Shown here piece after piece: positions 8,273-17,690 of a stretch of DNA of 64,000 bases. The notes beneath the pieces were generated by a model. It searched no databases, had not been told where the DNA came from, and saw only the letters and a program-made list of their open reading frames with translations. Position numbers and translations under genes: made by a program. Every line of letters begins with the position of its first letter. The first letter of the stretch is position 1. This DNA comes from an uncultured virus (IMG/VR IMGVR_UViG_3300034374_012765) (taxonomy: Duplodnaviria; Heunggongvirae; Uroviricota; Caudoviricetes), in IMG/VR virus record IMGVR_UViG_3300034374_012765; one strand, written 5' to 3'.

Positions 8273-8713
8273 TGGAGCTGGGGGGATTCGAACCCCCGTC
8301 CAGCTAGGCAAATCCTAAGAACATCGTTCACAGGCTTAGTTGATTGTACGACATCAACAAACTTTTCCCAATCCGGATTTTTGAACTGAGGCGATCGGAT
8401 TCCTCAGCGGAAGACGCTAACAGCGATCTTAAGGGTATTGGACTGTGGTCCTCAGGGTTACTGATCGACTTCCTATTGTGGGTACTACTAACCCTTATTC
8501 CCCGTTTGCAACTTTCTGTTCCTAGGCAGTTACCGCCCGGTGCTTAGGCTACAAGTGCAACTTCAGCTTCCTCAACAGGAGCTAGTCCTGCAAGGATATA
8601 AAATGGGTTTTCGCCATTTAAAAAATACATAGGTTATTATAGAGTTTCCAATGCTAACTCTGCCTGCATCAATTCAAAGAACTTCGGCCTCCTGTCGATT
8701 CCATTTCAGCCCC
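8273..8713 (-). ncRNA. ssrA: tmRNA
   Basis: 5' GGGGCTGAAATGGAATCGAC; 3' GGTTCGAATCCCCCCAGCTCCA; G3:U70 pair; tag ORF 8615-8544 GENPFYILAGLAPVEEAEVALVA*. Confidence 0.92.
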
Positions 8714-8791
8714 TTATTTATTAGGTAAATTTAACCAATCAATATCAAAGGATATCAATATAGACTTGCTTTATTTTTCACCTTTACGTGA

Positions 8792-8820
8792 TCTATATGT
8801 ATCATCGCGAAAATGGTTTC
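8792..8820 (-). promoter_or_regulatory. putative GAAAC-N18-TATAGA promoter of tmRNA
   Basis: Recurrent motif. Confidence 0.55.
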
Positions 8821-8848
8821 GTTTTAAAAAGTTAAGGATTATATCCGG

Positions 8849-9499
8849 TTAGAACTCTGGATATGGGTCTAAATCAGTGTGTTCAATCCAGCCAGTTACT
8901 ATGTATTTATATTGGTCCCCGCCTGGAGGATTTCCCCTATGCAGATGAGTCCAAAACGCGGGTGCTAATAGAAGATCCCCAGTTCCCGGTTGAACCTTTT
9001 GCCCGGAATATTTAAATTCAGTTGCTCCCCCGTTTACATCATTGAGATAGAATATAAAGAACAGCTGTCTCTTTGCTGAATCCCCACCCTCGTTCTCGAA
9101 GTGCCATGCATAGTATCCCTCGTCCCCAATGTATCTCTGAGCCTGTATACTTGGGAATCCCCCTCCTGTCACAGATAGCATCTGGTGTGCGTGTCGAACC
9201 AGAATATTTCTTTGCGGCACCATTCCTTGATTAAATATAAAGGGATAATCTTCCAGATAATCTACCACTCTGTGAAGAAGAATCTCAGTGAGATAGTCGT
9301 ATATCTTCCTCCACTCCGGATCATTCAGATGGTGGTTTATCATCAGATCAGTGGAAGCTTTACTTTCCTTGTTAACCCCTCCGGATGTTATTCCCTCGAA
9401 TTTGTTCGATGACATTTCGAATAGATCTATGATCCTTTTGCAAATTCCAGACGGAAGCTCTGCTGGGAATATCTTGGTTAGGTATGTTTCTTCCTCCAT
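8849..9499 (-). CDS. 2OG-Fe(II) oxygenase
   Basis: WHFE, YLNDVNGGATEF, HLHRG and KYIVTGW motifs. Confidence 0.85.
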   Translation of the reverse strand: MEEETYLTKIFPAELPSGICKRIIDLFEMSSNKFEGITSGGVNKESKASTDLMINHHLNDPEWRKIYDYLTEILLHRVVDYLEDYPFIFNQGMVPQRNILVRHAHQMLSVTGGGFPSIQAQRYIGDEGYYAWHFENEGGDSAKRQLFFIFYLNDVNGGATEFKYSGQKVQPGTGDLLLAPAFWTHLHRGNPPGGDQYKYIVTGWIEHTDLDPYPEF

Positions 9500-9987
9500 T
9501 AGAATGTTTTATTTAGTACATAGGAGAACTCAATTCTATCCTCCAGATGCTGGTTAAATCTCAGCGGAGTGATTCCTCCTGATTCCAGGTCATATTTATA
9601 GCTTTCATCCATAAAACAATAAACACGAGAAACCCCTCTTTGTTTTAGTGAATTCGCATACTCGAATAGCAGATTTAGATCGATCTTTCCGCTATCTCCG
9701 TTAAACGAAACAAAGAGTAGAACATTGGATCCTTCTACAAGATGGTGGTGTGTAAAAAGAACTTCTGAGCCATCAGGGGCATAGAATTCTATTCTCCAAT
9801 CTAAAACTTCTCTCTCATTAGAAAAAGCACCCCACATCCCTCCCTGAAGCTCCATTTCTCCAACGTATTCGTCAGAGTTCTTGAACCATTTGACCAGGTA
9901 ATTTCCGGTCCCAATGGTTACGGTTATGGATTCATCTGCAACGGATACGTTTATGTCCTCTCCTGGTGGAGAATCTGATACTACCAT
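9499..9987 (-). CDS. hypothetical protein
   Basis: 162-aa ORF coupled to the next gene. Confidence 0.6.
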   Translation of the reverse strand: MVVSDSPPGEDINVSVADESITVTIGTGNYLVKWFKNSDEYVGEMELQGGMWGAFSNEREVLDWRIEFYAPDGSEVLFTHHHLVEGSNVLLFVSFNGDSGKIDLNLLFEYANSLKQRGVSRVYCFMDESYKYDLESGGITPLRFNQHLEDRIEFSYVLNKTF

Positions 9988-10005
9988 GTCATTTATTTAT
10001 TTTTT

Positions 10006-10593
10006 CTAGTGATTATTTATACATCCTGCACATTCAGTTATCGAAAGCCTTTCACCGCTCGTTACCGCAGTTACCTCGTGGGGATCCGTGCCTCTATACA
10101 AGATGAATGTTCCTTTACTTCTCGGGGCAACTTCTCCGTTTATGATCAAATCACCCCCCGAATATTCTCTCGGGTCACTCAATTGGATGGTAATCGTCAT
10201 ATCCCTCTTGACACCATTATGAATTCCATCATCGATATGTAAGGTATGGTATCCTCCGGTTGGATATTTGGTAAAGTAATGCGGGCCTTCAATACCGAAC
10301 TTATAATCTGCCTTCATTGAAAAAACCCGCTCTATTTTTTCTGATAAGAATCCAATAGCATCTACCGGTATACCAACAATTTCAACCCGTCTGGGAATGC
10401 TATCTATAACTGTTTTCCTTGTGGATCTTACATCCCACATATTTGAATTCATGATTTCCGGAGAGGTGTCAATACCCTCCCAATATTTCATCAGGATGTT
10501 TATCTCCTCGTCTGAAATAACACCCTCGGCATACGAAAAGTTATCCCCCGTTTTTAGTATGAGCTCTCCCTGTCCCATGTTGTATATAATCAC
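10006..10593 (-). CDS. 2OG-Fe(II) oxygenase (PKHD/prolyl-hydroxylase-like)
   Basis: HID, LSDPREYSGGDL and HEVTAVTSGER motifs. Confidence 0.85.
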   Translation of the reverse strand: MIIYNMGQGELILKTGDNFSYAEGVISDEEINILMKYWEGIDTSPEIMNSNMWDVRSTRKTVIDSIPRRVEIVGIPVDAIGFLSEKIERVFSMKADYKFGIEGPHYFTKYPTGGYHTLHIDDGIHNGVKRDMTITIQLSDPREYSGGDLIINGEVAPRSKGTFILYRGTDPHEVTAVTSGERLSITECAGCINNH

Positions 10594-11759
10594 TCCTTTG
10601 TAAGCCTTCTAAGTAACCAAAATTTCTCTATATCGCTAACCGGAACTTTTTGGCATATCCGATGTACGTAATCCTCCTCTAGGTTTTTAACGTCAAACTC
10701 CAAATGCAGATGCCCATTTAATTCCGAGATTGAATCAATATCACCTATTACCTGATCGTGAAAGGTAAACCAAGACCCTGGCTCAGCTATGAAGTCAGGT
10801 ATTTTTATTTCGACCTCGCTAATTTTAAGGGTAGAGCTAGAGATTCTGAAGGAAATGTGGTCAGATATATTGTAACAAGCTAGGACAACTCCGTATTTTC
10901 CATCAGCCTTGTAAGGAAAAAGAGAATATTTGAGATACTCTATTGCTGTTATTCTACTAAAATCCTTGCTTGGAGACTTACCAGTAAGCGCTTTATATAA
11001 TGTCAGTTCCCTCCCGGACTTTCCCCAATATTTCTGGAAGAATTCTTCCTCGTCTCTATATAGGACGGAATCTTCACCTCCCGAGCATGCTACAGCCTCT
11101 ATTATTTCCTCAAAGAACATGTTTCGAAACGTACCAAACCATGAAATACTATCTTTTTCCCACCGTGATGAAAACATCTCATTTTGCTGGAATATCTCAG
11201 TTCGGTATATCGAAAACCCCCCACTTATAAATCCCTCATTTTTTCTCATAAGTAGGAGAGAATCCTTACCCTCTGAAACCATATCTTCTATCTGATCCTT
11301 GATTATATCTCCAAAATCCACCAGGGGCTGGGAATAATCATATTCGAGGTATATTGTCCATTCGTAGTTATTACGAGAAGCCAAATTAATTCCATTTTTT
11401 ATTAAGCTTAAAGCAGATCTTTGGTGTGGTGCGTGTCTGGCCATGAATGAACTAAACAGACCTAGATTAGGAACGGAATACCAGTTAGACCACCTCTGAG
11501 AAATCCCTTCAGGTTTGAATAAGGGACAGCAATTTATAAGCTCGTAATCGTTAACAAAGGTGTTATTCGAATCAAAAATAAGATAATCACAGGCCTCGGC
11601 AATTTTGTCCAGCCCATAATTGCAATGTGTAACGAAACAGACGTTAATTCCGCTTCTCTTTAGCGACAGTAGCATATCCATAGTATGTGATAGTTTTTCC
11701 ATGCTATCCTGGTGAGCTCCCACTATAACTAAGGAATCGTCGATATACTTATTTTCCAT
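10590..11759 (-). CDS. hypothetical protein, possibly glycosyltransferase-like
   Basis: Long ORF; probable start MENKYID; LEYD acidic motif; glycan-gene context. Confidence 0.55.
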   Translation of the reverse strand: MENKYIDDSLVIVGAHQDSMEKLSHTMDMLLSLKRSGINVCFVTHCNYGLDKIAEACDYLIFDSNNTFVNDYELINCCPLFKPEGISQRWSNWYSVPNLGLFSSFMARHAPHQRSALSLIKNGINLASRNNYEWTIYLEYDYSQPLVDFGDIIKDQIEDMVSEGKDSLLLMRKNEGFISGGFSIYRTEIFQQNEMFSSRWEKDSISWFGTFRNMFFEEIIEAVACSGGEDSVLYRDEEEFFQKYWGKSGRELTLYKALTGKSPSKDFSRITAIEYLKYSLFPYKADGKYGVVLACYNISDHISFRISSSTLKISEVEIKIPDFIAEPGSWFTFHDQVIGDIDSISELNGHLHLEFDVKNLEEDYVHRICQKVPVSDIEKFWLLRRLTKE

Positions 11760-12351
11760 CCTTGGGTACATAAGAAATGTTACATAGACCTGACATATCA
11801 ACCACCCGGCTAAGACTAACCCAATCTTCCCTCAGGATTCCCAGGAATATGCTATCCAGGTATTGCCCGCATTTATGGATACATCTCCTTTTGATTCCCT
11901 CCTTTACAAAACCAACCCAAAGGGCACTCTTCAGACTAGCTATATTATTCTCTAAGACCTCAGTATCAATCCTATTCATATTTAAAACCTCGAAGCCAAA
12001 GTCTATCCCAGCTTCTAGTACAGGTTTGGAATAACCTTGTCCCCTATGATCCGATATCACATCATGGGCAGAATCATACCTTCTATTAACCCAATCTATA
12101 TTTTGTATCTTATATAAACCAACCATATCTCCGGACTGGTTCAGAGCTTTAAGAATTAGTGATTTGGAGCTATCTAGAGATGAAAACCACCTTTCCTGGT
12201 CCATCGAATTAACAAAGGATATATTGTGGGTTCCAAACCATGACTCATTCTTGAGATCCTTAAGAATCGGAAGATCCTCACTCTCTATTTTTAATAGAGT
12301 TATCCCATTCTTGTGTTTATACATAGTAATTAAAGAAATTATCTCTACCAT
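11749..12351 (-). CDS. GNAT N-acetyltransferase (RimJ/PseH-like)
   Basis: RGQGYS, EVLENNIAS and GFVKEG motifs; follows a sugar aminotransferase. Confidence 0.8.
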   Translation of the reverse strand: MVEIISLITMYKHKNGITLLKIESEDLPILKDLKNESWFGTHNISFVNSMDQERWFSSLDSSKSLILKALNQSGDMVGLYKIQNIDWVNRRYDSAHDVISDHRGQGYSKPVLEAGIDFGFEVLNMNRIDTEVLENNIASLKSALWVGFVKEGIKRRCIHKCGQYLDSIFLGILREDWVSLSRVVDMSGLCNISYVPKDGK

Positions 12352-13532
12352 CCCTTCTTAATGCAATCCGCAATATACTCTCTTTGTTCATTAGTCACCC
12401 ACCAACCTACTGGGATTGAAACAACATTACCTATAGTCTTATCCAGGGTTGGTAGAAAAGATCTATATTCTGCAACGCAGGTATGCTTATCGTTTCTCTC
12501 ATGGACTTGAGATACCGAAATTCCACATTCATCCATCCATCTATAGAACCCATCCCTATTATCCACGAGCATTGAATAGATCCAGAAGGAGGAATCAAAA
12601 CCTTCATCCCTCCTTAGGAGATTCACACCGTCTGCATCAGAAAGCTCCGAGTCGTAGAAAGAAGCATTCGATCTATGAGAATTAACTATATCATCCGCAT
12701 GTTTTAGATTTTCTATGCCCACGGTTGCACAGACGTCGTTCATGTGAAATTTATATCCCCATTCCTCTATATTCGCCTCACATCTAAAATCCTTGCGATC
12801 TCCGTCCCTATCTATTCCATACCACCTGATTAGTCTACCTCTGTTGTGCAATTCTTTATGTGGAGAGATAAGTAATCCCCCGTCAACTGAGGTTACATGC
12901 TTTATAGCCTGAAGGGAGAACATAGTTAGATTTCCGTGGGATCCTATTAATTTTCCTTTATACCTCGACCCAAATGAATGAGCCCCGTCCTCAATAACCG
13001 CTGGTTTGAAACCCAGTTTAAGGTAAGATTTTTCCTGTATACTTCTGATCTTATCGAGGTCATTCGGATATCCTCCCCAATGGACCAGCATGATAACCTT
13101 TGTTTTATGCGTTATCTTCCTTGCAAGATCGTCTAGATCCATGTTGAGTGTTTCAGGATCTATGTCTACCCATTTTATTTTCAGCCCATTTGCTAAGATA
13201 GGCCAGTTTGAAGCGGTACACGTCAGAGGGGTTGCTAAAACCTCATCACCTGGCTGAAGCCCAGGCCATATAGAATCCGCAGCAATTGCCCCGTGATATA
13301 TCTGTGTAATCTTGGTTGGTTTTTTCAATAGATGAAGAGCTAGGTGTAAAGCTGAGGTTCCCGAGTTTACTGTCGAGATATAGTCTTGATTAAAGTACTT
13401 TCTCAGATCAGACTCAAATTGATCGACTTTTGCACCCTGTCCTATGTAGCCACTATTTAAAACCTCAGCAACCTTATCTCCAGCTTGGGGTGACATGAAA
13501 ACTTTAAAAAGAGGAATATTTTCTTTGCTCAT
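12345..13532 (-). CDS. DegT/DnrJ/EryC1/StrS family PLP sugar aminotransferase
   Basis: NSGTSALHLAL, EDGAHSFG and SLQAIKHVTSVDGG motifs. Confidence 0.92.
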   Translation of the reverse strand: MSKENIPLFKVFMSPQAGDKVAEVLNSGYIGQGAKVDQFESDLRKYFNQDYISTVNSGTSALHLALHLLKKPTKITQIYHGAIAADSIWPGLQPGDEVLATPLTCTASNWPILANGLKIKWVDIDPETLNMDLDDLARKITHKTKVIMLVHWGGYPNDLDKIRSIQEKSYLKLGFKPAVIEDGAHSFGSRYKGKLIGSHGNLTMFSLQAIKHVTSVDGGLLISPHKELHNRGRLIRWYGIDRDGDRKDFRCEANIEEWGYKFHMNDVCATVGIENLKHADDIVNSHRSNASFYDSELSDADGVNLLRRDEGFDSSFWIYSMLVDNRDGFYRWMDECGISVSQVHERNDKHTCVAEYRSFLPTLDKTIGNVVSIPVGWWVTNEQREYIADCIKKGW

Positions 13533-13550
13533 TACCTGATATATTTTTAA

Positions 13551-13579
13551 TCTATATAAAAGATGGGAACTAAAGTTTC
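13551..13579 (-). promoter_or_regulatory. putative GAAAC-N18-TATAGA promoter
   Basis: Recurrent motif upstream of the aminotransferase operon. Confidence 0.55.
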
Positions 13580-13591
13580 GTATGTTAACAC

Positions 13592-13620
13592 AAAAAACCC
13601 CGGCCCGATGGGCCAGGGAT
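13592..13620 (-). terminator. intrinsic terminator downstream of the CAGCAA RNAs
   Basis: CCCTGGCCC-ATC-GGGCCGGGG followed by a T6 run on the minus strand. Confidence 0.75.
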
Positions 13621-13634
13621 TAATGATAAAAAAC

Positions 13635-13751
13635 GGGATCGTGGTTCGTGTTTTACTTCCCGTCGGAAGAGGGGTTATCTTTTTTTATTGATGGTATTAT
13701 CCCAAAATTCCATCTCTCTGTTTTAACGGTAAAGTTTGCTGAACCGATCCC
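13635..13751 (-). ncRNA. CAGCAA-motif stem-closed RNA candidate, copy B
   Basis: GGGATCG-GTT-CAGCAAACTTT...CGATCCC-G, with internal hairpins. Confidence 0.62.
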
Positions 13752-13757
13752 TTTACC

Positions 13758-13817
13758 AGGCTTCATTTTTTTCAGTAATCATAATCGTAGTTGAAAAAAG
13801 TTTGCTGTAAGAAGCCT
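13758..13817 (-). ncRNA. CAGCAA-motif stem-closed RNA candidate, copy A
   Basis: AGGCTTC-TTA-CAGCAAACTTT...GAAGCCT-G; inner TTTTTTCA/TGAAAAAA stem. Confidence 0.62.
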
Positions 13818-13829
13818 ATTTTTTATACG

Positions 13830-14093
13830 TCAAAGTACTCTTTTGTTCCTTAATTCTTCTCGTAATGAATCAACCATTTGAACAGTCATGAAATCCTTAT
13901 TTTGCCAAATGTCCAATATTAGCTTGGCTATTTCCTCTTCCCTATAGGAGGTGGTAATAAAAGCTTTCTCTCCCGAGGTGTACCCTTCTCTGATGGATAT
14001 CAGAGAGATCTCTTCTCTTTCTCTGTCGCTGCATTCTGACCAAAATTCCTCAGGATCAAAATCTACTTCTCTTTCTATTATAAAGCTAGGCAT
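13830..14093 (-). CDS. hypothetical protein
   Basis: 87-aa ORF starting 1 nt after the DUF2828 stop codon. Confidence 0.65.
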   Translation of the reverse strand: MPSFIIEREVDFDPEEFWSECSDREREEISLISIREGYTSGEKAFITTSYREEEIAKLILDIWQNKDFMTVQMVDSLREELRNKRVL

Positions 14094-14094
14094 A

Positions 14095-15561
14095 TTATAT
14101 CTTAATTTGTTTATATCTCTCAGAATCGATGGTTTGATCCATAATTTTTTCTGGTGTCATCCCATCACAATTGAGGATACTCCTCATGATTGCTGGGGAA
14201 AATCCAGAAACCAAAGCTGTACCAGCCTCGTCAAAGCTAACTGGTATGTTTTTTCCACTGGCATTAAGGTTCCAATACACTATGGATGGAGCCTCATATC
14301 CTGCTTCTTCATAGGATTTTTTAATCATCTCCTGTGCAGTAGGGTTCCAAATATTCTTTCCCTGCTCTCCCCAACCGAATACCTCTTCCCTTTTGTATAC
14401 AGCTTGATCAAACTCCATGTCGGATAAAATTAGAAGTGTTGATGGCATCTCCTCATCAGGAACTGAATTTTTTACCGCCTGGTTGAGTATCAATTCAAAT
14501 ACCGCCTGGAGATCGGTGTTCATTCCCCAATCCGAGCGGCTCAATTGTCTAAATCTATCATTGAGGTCTCCGCTTAAAACCTGGAGATCAGGATTAGCAG
14601 AAAAAGTTATGAAAGAGTCCTTAAAACTTCCTTCATTCCTCTCGGAGATATAAAGACCCAAAGAAATTGCCACGTCCATGCAGGTAAGATTCTTATTATT
14701 ACCAGCGCTACATTGCATAGATCCAGAGACGTCTACCACGGGCAGAATCATTCCGTTTGCACCCTCCATATAATTAGGCAAGGATTTCCACTGCTGATTA
14801 GCAACTTCGGAATCTCCAAATCCCAGAGATTTAGTTATATCGTAAGGATATACGGCACCTGCGTTTATTTTTGCGGTCCCGTTTTTAAGAGCCTCCCTAT
14901 ATTTAGCATATTGCTCGGGTGCATTTTTAGTAAATGCTTTCTGATATCTAGCAGAGGCCAAAGAGGGGAGTTTACTAAAGTCAATGGAATCCCAATCGCC
15001 CGAGCACATCTTACTTTCAACTACGTCCGTAAGAGAAACCAACAGCTTTCTGTATTCCTTGGGAGAGAGCTTCATAAAATTTCTAAGCTTCGCAGCTACT
15101 TTACCCTTTCGTGGCATCCATTTAGCACAAAGCCCGTCCTTGTTATCCAATGCTTCGGTGATTAGACTGAAAGCATCTTTTTCAACTCTGGTCCCCTCGA
15201 AAACTAGCACATCGTCCCACCTTCCGTAGAAAGGTATAAGTGAAAGATTACTCTTAACGATTAGATCTTGGTGTTCAGCAAGGTATATGATAATATCCCT
15301 GAATATCTGTCTCTCTCCTGCTCCACCTCTCACATCCCTCGCCCAGAAAAGGATCTTCATTGCCCTTTCCGGATCCTCGTTGTATGCAAGGGAAAACTTC
15401 TGGATTAAGACTTCTTTCTCCGACCCCCTCATAGCTCCGATGTTAAAAAATAGATCAACACAGAAGCTAAGGGATGAAGAGTTAGTTGCCATACCGTTTT
15501 CGGTAATCGAATCTTTCGTTCTCAAGGCGTTTACTAGTTTCATAGCTTCCGTTTTAATCAA
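14095..15561 (-). CDS. DUF2828 family protein (helical TROVE-like domain plus vWA domain)
   Basis: TENG, RDVRGGAGER, YGRWDD, AKWMPR, MIDAS DVSGSM, SDMEFD, YWNL and VSGFSP motifs. Confidence 0.85.
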   Translation of the reverse strand: MIKTEAMKLVNALRTKDSITENGMATNSSSLSFCVDLFFNIGAMRGSEKEVLIQKFSLAYNEDPERAMKILFWARDVRGGAGERQIFRDIIIYLAEHQDLIVKSNLSLIPFYGRWDDVLVFEGTRVEKDAFSLITEALDNKDGLCAKWMPRKGKVAAKLRNFMKLSPKEYRKLLVSLTDVVESKMCSGDWDSIDFSKLPSLASARYQKAFTKNAPEQYAKYREALKNGTAKINAGAVYPYDITKSLGFGDSEVANQQWKSLPNYMEGANGMILPVVDVSGSMQCSAGNNKNLTCMDVAISLGLYISERNEGSFKDSFITFSANPDLQVLSGDLNDRFRQLSRSDWGMNTDLQAVFELILNQAVKNSVPDEEMPSTLLILSDMEFDQAVYKREEVFGWGEQGKNIWNPTAQEMIKKSYEEAGYEAPSIVYWNLNASGKNIPVSFDEAGTALVSGFSPAIMRSILNCDGMTPEKIMDQTIDSERYKQIKI

Positions 15562-15564
15562 TTC

Positions 15565-15592
15565 CTTATATGGAAAAAATATCTTTTGTTTC
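15565..15592 (-). promoter_or_regulatory. putative GAAAC-N17-TATAAG promoter of the DUF2828 operon
   Basis: Recurrent motif; very close to the annotated TTG start. Confidence 0.45.
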
Positions 15593-15650
15593 TTTTTTAA
15601 TTGGGAGCAAATTTAGTTATCCAAATCGTACTAAAAAAATTTTATTCCAT

Positions 15651-16322
15651 TTATTTTCTAGTTGAGATGACCTCATCTATAATTCCATATTCTACCGCCT
15701 CCTGTGAATCTAGCCAAAAATCACGAGTCGCATCATTCTTTACTTGTTCCGGATCTTTATCGCAATATGAGCCCAGAAGATCAAATAGGATCTTATTATA
15801 CTTATCCCATTCAACGAAATCGATTTTAGCGTCTTGTATATTACCACTAAAACCCCCGGAAGATTGATGAAGCATTACCTTCGAGAATCTGAGAGAATAT
15901 CTTTTCCCCTTGGTCCCAGCTCCAAGCAGCACAGATCCCATGGAAGCTGCCATACCGGTATTAACCGTGATTATGTCGGATTTAATATAATCCATAACGT
16001 CCACCATCGAAAGGCCAGACTTTACAGATCCCCCTGGTGAATCTATATGCATAGTTATGTCCTTCTTGTCAACCGAATCTAGGAACATTAACTGAGCCTG
16101 AACGATAGTCGACATTTTATCGTTGACCACCCCGGAGACCCAAAGGAGTCTATCCATCATCAGTCGGGAAAATATATCCATCTGGGTAGCTCTCAATTCC
16201 CTTTCCTCCAATATATATGGGGTAAGAGAGGATTCGACCATATTTTCGTAATACATCATATTCAATGAGCTGATTCCATGTTCGCTCATTGCATATTTAC
16301 CGAATTCATCTTTTATGTTCAT
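15651..16322 (-). CDS. clpP: ATP-dependent Clp protease proteolytic subunit
   Basis: MDIFSRLMMDR, DSPGGSV, GMAASMG (Ser), MLHQ (His), RD (Asp). Confidence 0.95.
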   Translation of the reverse strand: MNIKDEFGKYAMSEHGISSLNMMYYENMVESSLTPYILEERELRATQMDIFSRLMMDRLLWVSGVVNDKMSTIVQAQLMFLDSVDKKDITMHIDSPGGSVKSGLSMVDVMDYIKSDIITVNTGMAASMGSVLLGAGTKGKRYSLRFSKVMLHQSSGGFSGNIQDAKIDFVEWDKYNKILFDLLGSYCDKDPEQVKNDATRDFWLDSQEAVEYGIIDEVISTRK

Positions 16323-16509
16323 CTATTTTTTGCTGTTTTAATGTTATGCTAAGGGCTTCATTAAGCATTTTCTGTGTCACCTTAATTTCCTCTACAACGT
16401 CAAGTATATTAACTCTCCTATTCTTGGAAATGGTTAGGTCCTCAATGTCTGTAACCACGGAGTTTAGCTTGGACTCCGCGCCTTGGATTAATAATTTTAA
16501 CTGATTCAT
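16306..16509 (-). CDS. small coiled-coil hypothetical protein
   Basis: 67-aa ORF overlapping the clpP start. Confidence 0.55.
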   Translation of the reverse strand: MNQLKLLIQGAESKLNSVVTDIEDLTISKNRRVNILDVVEEIKVTQKMLNEALSITLKQQKIDEHKR

Positions 16510-16578
16510 TTTTTCACTTTTTACGAAATGTATTACAAAAATACCAGAATCAGTCGTTTTAAAAAAATTTTTATGAAA

Positions 16579-16902
16579 TTAAATAAGAGAGGTATTCACC
16601 GATCTATTAGCAACCCCATTAACTCCAGATATACCTGAATATAGAGTAGCGACACTTTTTATAGTGCTATCCCAAGGGGAATAGTTTTCAAAGAATCTTT
16701 TCATTGGGGTTATCGAAGTAACTTTTACGTCATTCATATTTCTGTGTATGCCGCATCTAATTCTACCCTTACCGTGATCGGGATGTTCCAAATCAACATA
16801 GACAACACCCTTTCCTTCTAATCCCCATCTTACATTAGAGCAGCAAACCTGGGTACTCCCTGATTTTTCGAAGAATTCTTTCAGACTATCAACTAAACTC
16901 AT
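16579..16902 (-). CDS. hypothetical protein
   Basis: 107-aa ORF with ATGA overlap to thioredoxin. Confidence 0.6.
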   Translation of the reverse strand: MSLVDSLKEFFEKSGSTQVCCSNVRWGLEGKGVVYVDLEHPDHGKGRIRCGIHRNMNDVKVTSITPMKRFFENYSPWDSTIKSVATLYSGISGVNGVANRSVNTSLI

Positions 16903-17201
16903 GGAAGATTACTATCTATGATTTCCTGAAGCTGATTTTTCTGCTTAATTCCTATCGCCCTTTGTATCTCATCATCTCCCTTGAAGAAAACAACCGTTGG
17001 TATATTTCTTACATTAAACTGTCCAGCAAGATCTGGTGATTCGTCTACATTTATTTTGATCAGCTTTACCCTTGGGTTATCCTCCTCAACCGACTCCAAG
17101 ATAGGTTTCATCATTTTACATGGACCGCACCATGGGGCCCAAAAATCCACCATAGTTAAATCAGATCCATCCATTTCCTTAATAAGTTCTAAAGCATTCA
17201 T
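16899..17201 (-). CDS. trxA: thioredoxin
   Basis: DFWAPWCGPCK active site. Confidence 0.95.
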   Translation of the reverse strand: MNALELIKEMDGSDLTMVDFWAPWCGPCKMMKPILESVEEDNPRVKLIKINVDESPDLAGQFNVRNIPTVVFFKGDDEIQRAIGIKQKNQLQEIIDSNLP

Positions 17202-17272
17202 ATCTTTCGCTATTTATTTTCTTAGATTTTTTAGACACAGACTACATGAATATTTCGATCCTCCGATATTAT

Positions 17273-17593
17273 TTATCCCATTATGGTTTGAACCATGTCC
17301 GGTTGGGTTCGATATATCATCTGCGGATTAGGAGCCATTATAACAGATATACCATCAGATAAGTCCTGTAAACCCGATATGTAGTTTTTCACTGCATCCT
17401 CCAGGTTGGGTTTGAATGAGAATTGGTTCATAACATCCTTAACTATCTCATCTAAAGAATTTTCAAATTCATCTGGGTCATGGAATTTAAAGTACTTCTC
17501 ATATTTCCTCACGAAATTTTTAATCATCTCCTGCTGGGGCAAGGATAAAGAAAGATCTGACATAAAGTCATCGAATTCAAAAAGTCTTTTCAT
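17273..17593 (-). CDS. hypothetical protein with N-terminal FxxF tag
   Basis: MKRLFEFDDF; GATAAATA upstream at 17616-17623. Confidence 0.65.
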   Translation of the reverse strand: MKRLFEFDDFMSDLSLSLPQQEMIKNFVRKYEKYFKFHDPDEFENSLDEIVKDVMNQFSFKPNLEDAVKNYISGLQDLSDGISVIMAPNPQMIYRTQPDMVQTIMG

Positions 17594-17690
17594 GTTGATA
17601 AAGATTATTATACACTATTTATCTTAGGGAGAAACAAAAAACGGAAATATGAATACTAATATATAGATCAACATCTTATAAAAAATCAAA

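Noticed and set aside
7341..8547. ORF-track proteins 7697-7942, 8026-8211, 8168-8389, 8344-8547 and the N-terminal extension of 7014-7439
   Set aside because: They overlap clear tRNA/tmRNA genes and are spurious translations.
13635..13817. CRISPR mini-array or plain terminators as the explanation for the repeated aaagtttgctg
   Set aside because: Only an 11-nt shared core, no equal-length repeats or spacers and no cas genes. The stems enclose long interiors, and a separate terminator lies at 13592-13620.
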